Assembly: GCA_963705165.1 (NCBI GenBank)
Contig: CAVPJD010000022.1
Location: 1 to 35,949, forward strand
Length of the DNA stretch: 35,949 bases
Direction of reading: 5' to 3'
Source of the DNA: an uncultured delta proteobacterium
Lineage (GTDB): Bacteria > Desulfobacterota > Syntrophia > Syntrophales > UBA2192
Positions 12,567-21,823 of this stretch are shown one piece after another. The stretch's first letter is position 1; each line of letters starts with the position of its first letter. The notes beneath the pieces are model-generated. The model did not search any database, was not told the origin of the DNA, and saw only the letters and a program-made list of their open reading frames with translations. The position numbers were made by a program, and so were the translations under genes.

Positions 12567-14825
12567 ATGGACCAGAAGATCGACAGACAACAGGCATTTG
12601 TTACGGCCGAAATGAGGAGGCGGCGGCGCGAACGGATCATCATCGTTGCCACCATTATCGGCATTGCCCTCCTGACGTTCATCGAGACCAGCCTTTTCAG
12701 CAAGGAGACCCTCGTTCCCGAATTCCGGGACGTAGTCATCTTCGGCCTCATCAACATCAACATCATCCTCGTCCTTCTTCTCATCTTTCTCATTGTCCGC
12801 AACATCGTCAAGCTCGTTTACGAGAGGCGGCGGGGGATCCTGGGGTCGAAGCTCCGGACCAAGCTGGTCGCGGCCTTCGTGACGCTCAGCCTGGTCCCGA
12901 CCTTTATCCTGTTCCTGGTTGCCACAAACTTCTTGTCATACAGTATCGATAACTGGTTCAACATCCGCGTCGGCGGGGCCCTGAATTTATCCCTCGAGGT
13001 TGCTCAAAACTACTACCAGCAGACGGCGGAGAACGTGAAATACTATGCCGACCAGCTGAGCGCCGACATCACAAAGAACCGCCTCTTCGAAAAGGATCGC
13101 CTGGAGTACTTGCGCTCCCTCATCGAGCAGCGACAACGGATCTTCAAGCTGGGGCTGATCGAGGTCTACTTCAGCGATGAGAGGGAAAATCTCGTCTTCA
13201 AGGACCCGGGCAACCCCGATATCCCCGAGCTGGGCCTCACTCCCAAGCTCCGCGATGACATCCGCGCGGGCAAGCATTTTACGACGATGCAGTCCGTGGG
13301 CCTGGGCGATTTCATCCGGGGGGTGGCGCCTGTCTTCGCGACCCCCGGCTCCACGGTCGTCATCGGGGCCGTCGTGGTCAACTGTTACGTGCCCAAGGGG
13401 CTTGTCGACAAGATGACGACCATCTCCAGGATCAATGAGGAGTACAAGCAGTTCAAGCTTCTCAAGAACCCCATCAAGACAAGCTACATCGTAATCCTCT
13501 TCGTGGTGACACTGCTCATCATCTTTTCGGCCACCTGGTTCGGGTTTTACCTGGCCAAGGGGATCACGGAACCCGTCCAGGACCTCGCCGAGGCGACCCA
13601 CGCCATCGCCCAGGGCAACCTGGACTACAAGATCAACGTGGTGGCAGACGACGAGATCGGCGTCCTGGTGAACTCCTTCAACCGGATGACAGGCGATCTG
13701 AAGGTGAGCAAGAACAGCCTCGAGCAGGCCAACATCAGCCTCGATGAGCGGCGCAAATACATGGAAACGGTTCTCCGCAACGTCTCTGCGGGGGTCGTGG
13801 CCGTCGACCGCGACGGGATACTCACAACGGTCAACCGGGCCGCCGAAAAGCTTCTCGATATCCGGGCGGAAAAAGTCCTGCACCATCCCTACGAGGAAGT
13901 GCTGCAGCCCGAGCACATGGCGCTGGTCAGCGAGATCCTCACGGAGATCACGGGCGAGGAGTCGGGATTCCTGGAGAAGCAGATCCAGATCACCCTCAAG
14001 GACCGGGCCCTCACTCTTGTCGTAACCACGACGGTGCTGCTCGACGACGAGAACAACTACATGGGCATGGTCATTGTCTTCGAGGACATCACCCAGCTCC
14101 AGCGGGCCGAGCGCATCGCGGCCTGGCGCGAGGTGGCCCGCCGGATCGCCCACGAGATCAAAAACCCGCTGACGCCCATCCAGCTCTCCGCGCAGAGGCT
14201 GCAGAGAAAATTCGGCGACAAGATCGCCGAAGACGGCCCCGTTTTCATGGAGTGCACCAGTACGATCATCAACCAGGTCGATGTCCTCAAGAACCTCGTC
14301 AACGAGTTTTCCCGCTACGCCCGAATGCCCGTGGCCAACCTCACGCCCAACGATCTCAACGAGGTCGTCCGGGATGCCGTCGTGCTCTACCAGGATGCCC
14401 ACAAGGAGATCGCCTTCGATTATCAGCCCGACCCGCAGCTGCCCTCCCTGAAGCTGGACGCCGAGCAGATCAAGCGGGTCATGGTCAACCTCCTGGACAA
14501 TGCCGTGACGGCCGTGAGCCGTGGAGCAGGGAAGATCGAGGTGAAGACGATCTTCGAGCGGGTCCACCGGCGGGTCCGCGTCGAGGTCCGCGACAACGGG
14601 ATCGGGGTGTCCCGCACAGACAAGGCGAAAATGTTCGAGCCCTACTATTCGACAAAAAAATCCGGCTCCGGTCTGGGTCTTGCGATCGTGAGCTCCATCA
14701 TCAGTGAGCACAGGGGCTCCGTGACGGTGGCCGACAATGCCCCCGTCGGGACCGTTGTGGCCTTCGAGCTGCCCATCGAGCAGATCGAGGAGCATCCCAG
14801 CACAGCAGCAAGAGCGGAGAGCTGA
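12567..14825 (+). CDS. NtrY-like membrane sensor histidine kinase (HAMP-PAS-HisKA-HATPase)
   Basis: N-terminal TM segments, GSKLRTKLV, AWREVARRIAHEIKNPLTPIQLSAQRL, and N/G boxes. Confidence 0.9.
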   Translation: MDQKIDRQQAFVTAEMRRRRRERIIIVATIIGIALLTFIETSLFSKETLVPEFRDVVIFGLININIILVLLLIFLIVRNIVKLVYERRRGILGSKLRTKLVAAFVTLSLVPTFILFLVATNFLSYSIDNWFNIRVGGALNLSLEVAQNYYQQTAENVKYYADQLSADITKNRLFEKDRLEYLRSLIEQRQRIFKLGLIEVYFSDERENLVFKDPGNPDIPELGLTPKLRDDIRAGKHFTTMQSVGLGDFIRGVAPVFATPGSTVVIGAVVVNCYVPKGLVDKMTTISRINEEYKQFKLLKNPIKTSYIVILFVVTLLIIFSATWFGFYLAKGITEPVQDLAEATHAIAQGNLDYKINVVADDEIGVLVNSFNRMTGDLKVSKNSLEQANISLDERRKYMETVLRNVSAGVVAVDRDGILTTVNRAAEKLLDIRAEKVLHHPYEEVLQPEHMALVSEILTEITGEESGFLEKQIQITLKDRALTLVVTTTVLLDDENNYMGMVIVFEDITQLQRAERIAAWREVARRIAHEIKNPLTPIQLSAQRLQRKFGDKIAEDGPVFMECTSTIINQVDVLKNLVNEFSRYARMPVANLTPNDLNEVVRDAVVLYQDAHKEIAFDYQPDPQLPSLKLDAEQIKRVMVNLLDNAVTAVSRGAGKIEVKTIFERVHRRVRVEVRDNGIGVSRTDKAKMFEPYYSTKKSGSGLGLAIVSSIISEHRGSVTVADNAPVGTVVAFELPIEQIEEHPSTAARAES

Positions 14826-14828
14826 TTC

Positions 14829-15788
14829 ATGGTCTATCTGGTTACCGGAGGCGGAGGGTTCATCGGCTCGAATCTTGCCGAAGCCCTGGCCGCAAGAGGG
14901 GAAACGGTTCGCGTCCTCGACAATTTCTCGGCGGGCAAGCGAGAGAATCTACGCTTCCCCGGGTCTGATAAGGTCGAGGTGATCGAGGGAGACATCCGGG
15001 ATTTCGATACGTGCCGGGCGGTCATGAAGGGGGTGGGAGTTGTTTTTCACGAAGCGGCTCTGGGCTCCGTCCCGAGGTCCATCGAAGACCCCCTGACCAC
15101 AAACGAGGTCAATGCCACGGGAACGCTGAACATGCTCGTGGCATCCCGCGAGGCCCGTGTGCAGCGATTCGTCTTTGCGAGTTCCTCTTCGGTTTACGGG
15201 GACAAGGCCGGCTCGGGAGGGGAAGAGTTCACGGCAAAAAACGAGACCATGAAAACGGAGCCCCTTTCCCCTTACGGGGTCAGCAAGCTCACCGCTGAAG
15301 AGTTCTGCCGCATCTTCTACCCCCTGTATGGACTGGAGACGGTGGCGCTGAGGTATTTCAACGTCTTCGGACCCAGGCAGAGCCATCTCTCGGATTATGC
15401 CGCCGTCATTCCGCGATTCATCATGGCCCTGCTCGGGGGCAGCCGGCCCGTTGTTTACGGCGACGGCGGGCAGTCGAGGGACTTCACCTTTGTCCGCGAC
15501 GTGGTGGATGCAAACCTGCTTGCCGCAGCGGTCCCGGGGATCGGGGGCGAGGTGCTCAACGTGGCCTGCAGCCGCCGTTACAGCCTGCTGGATCTCCTGG
15601 GGGAATTGAAGGCGATCACAGGGAGCGCAATCGAGCCCCGATTTGAAGAGGCGCGGCAGGGCGACATCCGCCACTCCATGGCCGACATCGGCCGGGCGAG
15701 GCAGCGGATGAACTTCGAGCCGGCATGGTCGTTCAGGAAGGGGCTGGAGATAACCGTCGACTGGTACCGCAAGAATTTGGGGGCATAG
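14829..15788 (+). CDS. NAD-dependent epimerase/dehydratase (WbpP-like extended SDR)
   Basis: TGGGGFIGS, ALGSVPRS, YGVSK and LRYFNVFGPRQ motifs. Confidence 0.9.
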   Translation: MVYLVTGGGGFIGSNLAEALAARGETVRVLDNFSAGKRENLRFPGSDKVEVIEGDIRDFDTCRAVMKGVGVVFHEAALGSVPRSIEDPLTTNEVNATGTLNMLVASREARVQRFVFASSSSVYGDKAGSGGEEFTAKNETMKTEPLSPYGVSKLTAEEFCRIFYPLYGLETVALRYFNVFGPRQSHLSDYAAVIPRFIMALLGGSRPVVYGDGGQSRDFTFVRDVVDANLLAAAVPGIGGEVLNVACSRRYSLLDLLGELKAITGSAIEPRFEEARQGDIRHSMADIGRARQRMNFEPAWSFRKGLEITVDWYRKNLGA

Positions 15789-15885
15789 GGTATCGGGTAT
15801 AGGGTACAGGGAAGAAATGGAAAGGCCCTCGCGAATCCCGCGAGGGCCCTTGTGTTTCCAGTTACCATTTCCCAATCACCAGTTA
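15781..15885. repeat. Two-armed heptamer array with non-matching arms around a GC hairpin
   Basis: GGGCATA GGGTATC GGGTATA GGGTACA (15781-15808); CCAGTTA CCATTTC CCAATCA CCAGTTA (15858-15885). Confidence 0.8.
15824..15848. terminator. Likely bidirectional terminator between convergent genes
   Basis: Perfect 10-bp stem GGCCCTCGCG/CGCGAGGGCC with a 5-nt loop; short T runs on both sides. Confidence 0.7.
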
Positions 15886-17247
15886 CTCTTTCTTGGACTC
15901 CAGACTGTGCGTCTTGATCTTGCGGTGGAGGTTGCTGCGCTCCAGGCCGATGGAGTCGGCCGTCTTGGAGATATTGCCCTCGTTTTCCTGGAGCTTCTTC
16001 AGGATGTACTTCTTTTCGAATTCCATCTTTGCCTTCCGGTAGGAATTGTGGGTGAAGATGGTGTCCATGGCCCCCTCGGGTTGCTCCTCCTTCGAAAGGG
16101 ACGGGATGTCGTCGGCCGTGATCGTGTCGCCCTGCGTCATGATGACGAGGCGCTCCATGATATTCTTGAGCTCCCGCACGTTCCCGGGCCAGTTATGATC
16201 CATCAGGACGTCGATGGCCTCCCCGGAGATGTCCTTCGGCTCGACCCCCTCTTTGAGACAGAAGTCATTCACGAACTGGCCGGCCAGGATCGGGATGTCT
16301 TCCTTGCGGTCCCTCAGCGGTGCGATGATGAGCGGGATGACATTGAGGCGGTAGTAGAGATCCTGACGGAAGCGATCCGCCTCCATTTCCTTTTCGAGAT
16401 CCTTGTTCGTTGCGGCCAGCACCCGCACGTCCGTGTCGATGTACTTGTTGCCGCCCACCCGTTCGTACCTCTTTTCCTGGAGGATTCTCAGGATTTTGGC
16501 CTGGGCCTTGAGGCTCATGTCGGCCACCTCATCGAGGAAGAGGGTCCCCTCGTGGGCAAGCTCGAACTTGCCCCGCTTCTTGGCCGTGGCGCCCGTGAAG
16601 GATCCCTTCTCGTGGCCGAACAGCTCGCTCTCGATGAGTTCCTCCGGGATGGCCGCGCAGTTCACCTCGACGAAGGGCTTCTTCGCCCGCTTGCTCAGGT
16701 AGTGGATCGAGCGGGCCACGAGTTCCTTTCCCGTGCCGTTTTCTCCCATGATGAGGATCCAGGCGTTCGTCGGGGCGACGATCCGGATCATCTCCTTCAG
16801 ATCGACGATGGACTTGCTCTGGCCGATGAGCTCGAAGGCCGAGGTGACCTTCTGCTTGAGAAACTTGTTTTCTTCCTCGAGGCGGGCCAGGTCGAGGGCG
16901 TGGTTGACGAGCAGCACCACCTTTTCCAGGGAGATGGGCTTCTCGATGAAATCGAAGGCGCCAAGCTTGGTCGCTTTCACGGCGGTCTCGATGGTGCCAT
17001 GCCCTGACATCATGATGACCTGGACCTGCGGGGTGTCGGTCTTGATGATCTTGAGGGCTTCGAGCCCGTCCATTCCGGGAAGCCAGATGTCCAGAAGTGC
17101 CAGGTCGGGCGGGTCTTCTTCGATGGCCTTGAGGGCCTCCTCGCCGCTTCCGACGGTCCGGACCTCATAGCCCTCGTCTGTCAGGATCCCCTGCAGGGAC
17201 TGGCAGATGCTCTCTTCGTCGTCGACAACCAGGATCGTTTTATACAT
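15883..17247 (-). CDS. NtrX-like sigma-54-dependent response regulator
   Basis: Receiver domain (ILVVDDE, LLDIWLP), GENGTGKE, GSFTGA loop, WPGNVREL and a Fis-type HTH. Confidence 0.92.
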   Translation of the reverse strand: MYKTILVVDDEESICQSLQGILTDEGYEVRTVGSGEEALKAIEEDPPDLALLDIWLPGMDGLEALKIIKTDTPQVQVIMMSGHGTIETAVKATKLGAFDFIEKPISLEKVVLLVNHALDLARLEEENKFLKQKVTSAFELIGQSKSIVDLKEMIRIVAPTNAWILIMGENGTGKELVARSIHYLSKRAKKPFVEVNCAAIPEELIESELFGHEKGSFTGATAKKRGKFELAHEGTLFLDEVADMSLKAQAKILRILQEKRYERVGGNKYIDTDVRVLAATNKDLEKEMEADRFRQDLYYRLNVIPLIIAPLRDRKEDIPILAGQFVNDFCLKEGVEPKDISGEAIDVLMDHNWPGNVRELKNIMERLVIMTQGDTITADDIPSLSKEEQPEGAMDTIFTHNSYRKAKMEFEKKYILKKLQENEGNISKTADSIGLERSNLHRKIKTHSLESKKE

Positions 17248-17333
17248 GGTCTCTTTTCCGGGGGTGGCCGGCTCACAGGTTCCGGATGCGTCATCCGGGT
17301 ACCCCTTAGCCATGCATCTCCCGTTCCCGTTTC

Positions 17334-17747
17334 CTATTTTTTCAGCAGATTGTCGGCCACCCGGTCGTGGATCACCTTGGAGGCCGCCTCGTTGCCCATC
17401 AGTCCCACGCGGATGCCCAGTGAGGTCAGGTCCTTGTCCTTGTACTTCAGCTTGAACGTAACCTTTTCATCGTTGATCACGGCCACGATCGTTCCCCCGT
17501 CCGTTTGCTTATCCGGCTCCACGTCGCGGCCCTTCATGTCGGCGATGGTCTTTTCGACGCCGGACCAGACGCCATCGACGGAGAAATAATAATCCGTCCG
17601 CATCTCCCCTTCCACGTAATAATAGGTTCCCGTGCCTCCCGCGACGGCAGCCCCTGTGACGACCAGGAAGGGACACCCGTAGAGGGAAAAACAGCACGCC
17701 AGCACGATTAACGCAACCGCTGCCCGCTTTTTGCAGATCATACGCAT
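17334..17747 (-). CDS. Putative lipoprotein, DUF3568-like
   Basis: Signal peptide with LYGC lipobox followed by GAAVAGGTGTYYYVEGE; family assigned from memory; start may be 17741. Confidence 0.65.
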   Translation of the reverse strand: MRMICKKRAAVALIVLACCFSLYGCPFLVVTGAAVAGGTGTYYYVEGEMRTDYYFSVDGVWSGVEKTIADMKGRDVEPDKQTDGGTIVAVINDEKVTFKLKYKDKDLTSLGIRVGLMGNEAASKVIHDRVADNLLKK

Positions 17748-20248
17748 CACTCCCCTTTGCCTTGGTTCTCGTTGTTTGTTTCATCCGCGGGTTTTTGCGG
17801 CTTTCCCTCCTCGGCGAAGGATTTCAACCCCTCCGCCAGGGTTAGCAGCTTCTTGTCCACGCAGTAGCTCACCGTGTTTTCGGGGTAATTTCCCTTCTCA
17901 TCGGCCACTCCTGCAGGCACGCCCGTGAGCAGTTCGATGCCCTCATCGATCGTCTTCACCGGCCAGATGTGGAACTTCCCCTCGGCCACGGCCTTCACGA
18001 CGTCCTTTCTCAGGATGAGCTCCGGGACATTCAGCTGCGGGATCATGACCCCCTGCCCGCCCGTCAGACCACGCGCCCTGCAGACGTCGAAAAAGCCTTC
18101 GATCTTCTGGTTCGCGCCCCCGATGGGCTGGATTTCGCCTTTTTGATTGACGGATCCCGTCACGGCGATGTCCTGTCTCAGGGGCAGCTCCGAGAGGCTC
18201 GACAGGATCGCGTAAATCTCTGTCGAGGAGGCGCTGTCCCCGTCCACCCCGCCGTAGGACTGCTCGAAAGCAATGCTGGCGCTCATGGTCAGCGGCTTTT
18301 TCTGGGCGTACTTGCCGCGGAAATAACCCTCCAGGATGAGGACGCCCTTGTCATGGGTCCTGCCGGAGAGCTTGGCCTCCCGCTCGATGTTGATGACCCC
18401 GGTGCGTCCCATGGAGGTCTTGGCCGTGATCCGCGAGGGCTTCCCGAAGGCATATTCCCCCATGTCATAGACGGAGAGACCGTTGACCTGCCCGACGACC
18501 TTGTCGTCCGTGTCGATCATGATCGTGCCGTCGTCGATGAGTTCCTGGATCTTCTCCTCGATCTGGCTGACGCGGTTGATCTTTTCCTCGTAGGCCTTAT
18601 CCACATGCCGGTCCGTGACGAGATCGCTTCCGTCCTTTTTCGCCCAGTAGTGGGCCTCGCGGATGAGGTCGGCGATCTCGCTGAACCGCGTCGAGAGCTT
18701 CTTCTGCCTGCCCGACAGGCGCACGCCGTACTCGACGACGGTACAGACGGCCTTCTTGTCGAAATCGAGAAGCTTCTCTTCGTCAACGATCCGCTTGATG
18801 AGGCAGACGTATTCCCGGATGTTCTCGTCGGAGTTGGCCATCTCCGTGTCGAACTGGGCCTTCGTCTTGAAGATCTCCTTGAAGTCCCGCTCCATGTTGT
18901 ACAGAAGATAATACAGGTAGTCGTCGCCGACGATAATCACCTTGATGTCCAGGGGGATCGGTTCGGGCTTGATCGCCGAGGGAAGGAAGCTGAATGGGTC
19001 GTAGGGCTGCATGTTGAGCTCGCGGCTCTTCAGTGCCCGCTTGAGAAACGTCCAGACCCCGGGCTCGATGAGGGCCTCGAGGGCGTCGAAGACGATGTAG
19101 CCGCCGTTTGCCCTCAGCAGCGACCCGGCCCTGATGTGGGTGAAATCCGTCCGCCAGAGCCCCGAGCGGTCCACCTCGCGCTCGATGGTGCCGAAGAGGT
19201 TCTTGAAGGTCGGGGCTGTCTCGATGACGATGGGTGTCTTTTCGGTTTCCGCGTTGTCCACGAGGACGTTCACCTTGAACTCGATGAAGCGCCTCACGGG
19301 CGCCTGGGGCACGGGGAACGGCATGGCCTGTTGCTGCTGTTGCTGATCCTCCTCCTTTTCCTGGAAGATTTTCAGATTGGACAGGATGTGCTCCTGGACC
19401 TCGTTGAGGTAGCTGCTGACCTTCTCGTTGGAGTCCACGTAGCGCAGTCGCAGATCCGAGATCTGCTCCGTCACGGCGGGCGAGCCGTACTTGTGCTCGA
19501 GGATTGCGATCTGCTGCCGGATCTCGCGCTCGATATCACGCGTCTCCCGCATGACCGAATCGAGCTCGATGCGCAGGTCGACGATTTTCGTCCGGATGGT
19601 CGCGAGGTCCTCCTTGCTGAACTTGTCTTCCTCGGCCATGGCCTCGAGCTGCTCGAAGGGAACAGGGCGCCCTTCCACGACCGGAGCGATGTCCTGCCGG
19701 GTGAAGGGTCCCATCTGGAATTGCACGAGCTGGAAATTCTCCTTCAGCAGGCGATCGTTGAACTCCCGGATGATCTCCTTCTGCTTTTGCCGATAGGTGT
19801 TGATGACTTTCTCGGACTCCTTTTTGAACTCGTCGCTCTCGAGGATGAACGGGATTTCTTTCCGGAGATGGGCGACGAGATCGTCCATCTCTTTCTGGAA
19901 TTTCCTGCCGCTGCCTGCCGGGAACATGATGGCCCGCGGCGTGTCGGGGTCCTTGAAATTGTGAACGTAGCAGATGTCGTCGGGGATGAGTTTCTTGAGG
20001 TCGAGCTGGTTGAGCATGTTCTTGATCGTCGTCGTCTTGCCCGTGCCCGTCATCCCGGAGACGTAGATGTTGTAACCCGGGCTTTCGATCTCGAGCCCCA
20101 GCGTGATGGCCTTGACGGCCCGGCTCTGCCCGATGATACTGTCGGTTTTTTCGCACTCCTTTGTCGTGTCAAACCCCAGAAGGTCGGGGTTGCAGGTCCA
20201 TCGGAGCAGCTGGACAGGTACTTCCTTGGATCGCGTCATCTCTGCCAT
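17747..20248 (-). CDS. Lon-type (S16) protease with AAA-like domain (LonB/LonC-like)
   Basis: GMTGTGKT, AGSLLRANGG, catalytic-Ser motif DGDSAS and Lys motif IGGANQKIEGF; Q6 tract in a linker. Confidence 0.9.
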   Translation of the reverse strand: MAEMTRSKEVPVQLLRWTCNPDLLGFDTTKECEKTDSIIGQSRAVKAITLGLEIESPGYNIYVSGMTGTGKTTTIKNMLNQLDLKKLIPDDICYVHNFKDPDTPRAIMFPAGSGRKFQKEMDDLVAHLRKEIPFILESDEFKKESEKVINTYRQKQKEIIREFNDRLLKENFQLVQFQMGPFTRQDIAPVVEGRPVPFEQLEAMAEEDKFSKEDLATIRTKIVDLRIELDSVMRETRDIEREIRQQIAILEHKYGSPAVTEQISDLRLRYVDSNEKVSSYLNEVQEHILSNLKIFQEKEEDQQQQQQAMPFPVPQAPVRRFIEFKVNVLVDNAETEKTPIVIETAPTFKNLFGTIEREVDRSGLWRTDFTHIRAGSLLRANGGYIVFDALEALIEPGVWTFLKRALKSRELNMQPYDPFSFLPSAIKPEPIPLDIKVIIVGDDYLYYLLYNMERDFKEIFKTKAQFDTEMANSDENIREYVCLIKRIVDEEKLLDFDKKAVCTVVEYGVRLSGRQKKLSTRFSEIADLIREAHYWAKKDGSDLVTDRHVDKAYEEKINRVSQIEEKIQELIDDGTIMIDTDDKVVGQVNGLSVYDMGEYAFGKPSRITAKTSMGRTGVINIEREAKLSGRTHDKGVLILEGYFRGKYAQKKPLTMSASIAFEQSYGGVDGDSASSTEIYAILSSLSELPLRQDIAVTGSVNQKGEIQPIGGANQKIEGFFDVCRARGLTGGQGVMIPQLNVPELILRKDVVKAVAEGKFHIWPVKTIDEGIELLTGVPAGVADEKGNYPENTVSYCVDKKLLTLAEGLKSFAEEGKPQKPADETNNENQGKGE

Positions 20249-20289
20249 GATCGTCCCCTTTTTTCTGCAGTGCAGTTGGGTTCGTTGGA

Positions 20290-20318
20290 AATATAATCAA
20301 TGCGGGCGGAATTGTCCA
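20290..20318 (-). promoter_or_regulatory. Putative sigma-70 promoter for the Lon-type protease operon
   Basis: TGGACA-17 nt-TATATT on the minus strand. Confidence 0.55.
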
Positions 20319-20420
20319 TCCTTTCTTGGCGCACCTGCCCGAGGACCCTTTCGCGTTGCGGTCTTCCGGGGATTGAACCCCCCGGCTCCGACAAGGGCCT
20401 TCGAAAAATGGAGGGTCGGT

Positions 20421-21488
20421 TCAGGATGTGGGTTCACCAGTCAGCCGGGCGAACTCTCTCAAAAGCTCCTCCTGCTTCCTGGTGAGATTGGTGGGAATTT
20501 TGACAAGGACCTGGACGACCTGGTCCCCGCGGCCGATGCCCTTGAGGTGAGCGACACCCTTTCCCTTCATGCGAAAGATTTTGCCGCTCTGTGTCCCCTT
20601 GGGGATTTTGACGGATTCCTTGCTGTCGATGGTCGGCACTTCGATCGTGGCCCCCAGGGCGGCCTGGGTGACGGAGATCGGGATCTGGCAAAGGACGTCA
20701 TAGCCTTCGCGCTCGAAGAACTCGTGAGCCTCCACGTGAATGAAGACATAGAGATCCCCGCTGGGGCCTCCGAAGTCGCCTTCCTCGCCCTCGCCGCGCA
20801 GCCGCAGGCGGGAGCCCGTCTCGACGCCGGCGGGGATCCTGAGGCTTACGGTTTTCCTCGTCTTGGCCTTCCCGGTCCCGTAACAGGCCTTGCAGGGGTT
20901 CTTGATCACGCGTCCGGCGCCCCGGCAATGCGGGCAGGTGGTGCTGATGGTGAAGAAACCGCTCGACTGGGTCACGGTGCCGCGCCCGGCGCAGCGGGAA
21001 CAAGTTTCCGGGTGAGTCCCTGCTGCCGCTCCTGCTCCATTGCATTCCTTGCAGCGCTCCAGTTTTTCCATCTCGATCTGCGTGGAGGTTCCCTTCACGG
21101 CGTCCATGAAGGAAATCTGGAGGTCGTAGCGCAGGTCAGCCCCCTGGCGGACCGCGGAGCGCGTGCGCGTCCTGGCGCCGGTAAACCCGAAGACGTCTTC
21201 AAAGATGTCGCTGAAGTTGGTGAAGATGTCGTCGAAGCCCGAGAAACCGCGGAAGCCGGTGCCGTTGATCCCTTCGTGCCCGTATCGGTCGTAGATCTTC
21301 CGCTTCTCGGGGTCGTGAAGCACCTCGTAGGCCTCGGCTGCCTCCTTGAACTGCTCTTCGGCCTTTTTGTCCCCCGGGTTGCGATCCGGGTGGCACTGCA
21401 TGGCGAGCTTCCGGTAGTTCTTCTTGATTTCTTCGACAGATGCGCTGCGTTCAACGCTCAGGATCTCGTAGTAATCCCGTCTTTCCAT
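20421..21488 (-). CDS. dnaJ: Chaperone DnaJ
   Basis: J-domain HPD, G/F region, four CxxCxGxG repeats and GDLYV. Confidence 0.97.
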   Translation of the reverse strand: MERRDYYEILSVERSASVEEIKKNYRKLAMQCHPDRNPGDKKAEEQFKEAAEAYEVLHDPEKRKIYDRYGHEGINGTGFRGFSGFDDIFTNFSDIFEDVFGFTGARTRTRSAVRQGADLRYDLQISFMDAVKGTSTQIEMEKLERCKECNGAGAAAGTHPETCSRCAGRGTVTQSSGFFTISTTCPHCRGAGRVIKNPCKACYGTGKAKTRKTVSLRIPAGVETGSRLRLRGEGEEGDFGGPSGDLYVFIHVEAHEFFEREGYDVLCQIPISVTQAALGATIEVPTIDSKESVKIPKGTQSGKIFRMKGKGVAHLKGIGRGDQVVQVLVKIPTNLTRKQEELLREFARLTGEPTS

Positions 21489-21624
21489 GTGAGCCCCGTG
21501 TTTTCCTTTCCTCTCGAAAACGATTGCAGCGCAAACCCCTCAGCTGGCGGCGGGGTTTGCGAGCATAATGACAGAAAAACATTCCTTGGGTTTCTGAATG
21601 CCCGTCACGGGATGCAGCAGTCAA

Positions 21625-21763
21625 TCGGGATGTGCCCGTTGTCTCGGTCCGCGCCTCGATCCCTCCAGAAGCGAATGGAGCTTGCGTTTCGCTCGCTTTC
21701 TGATCTCCTGGGCTTTTCAGGGTGATCGGTGGCTGCCCTCCGGGCGCACCTCTCCCCTGAAGT
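21625..21763 (-). ncRNA. Candidate structured RNA (sRNA or dnaJ leader), family not recognised
   Basis: Nested complementary segments directly downstream of a promoter; no credible ORF. Confidence 0.45.
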
Positions 21764-21769
21764 GCCGAT

Positions 21770-21798
21770 AACTTAATGACCCCCTCGGGGCCTGTCAA
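21770..21798 (-). promoter_or_regulatory. Sigma-70 promoter about 280 nt upstream of dnaJ
   Basis: TTGACA (21798-21793), 17 nt, TAAGTT (21775-21770). Confidence 0.65.
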
Positions 21799-21823
21799 GG
21801 CAGGACCCGTGTTTTTTTGAGGC

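Noticed and set aside
17282..17298. Palindrome CCGGATG-CGT-CATCCGG
   Set aside because: Single short hairpin with no second copy in the window and no U tract
19327..19345. Poly-Gln tract in the Lon-type protease as a contingency locus
   Set aside because: Mixed CAG/CAA codons, in frame, in a probable linker
20366..20384. tRNA T-arm-like GGTTCAATCC on the minus strand
   Set aside because: No acceptor, D or anticodon arms around it
21489..21823. CIRCE operator, ykkC-type riboswitch or small gene (e.g. rpoZ) upstream of dnaJ
   Set aside because: No TTAGCACTC-N9-GAGTGCTAA; AAAAGCCCAGGAG resembles the ykkC 3' end but the 5' CTAGGGTTCCG core is absent; no frame gives a recognisable protein
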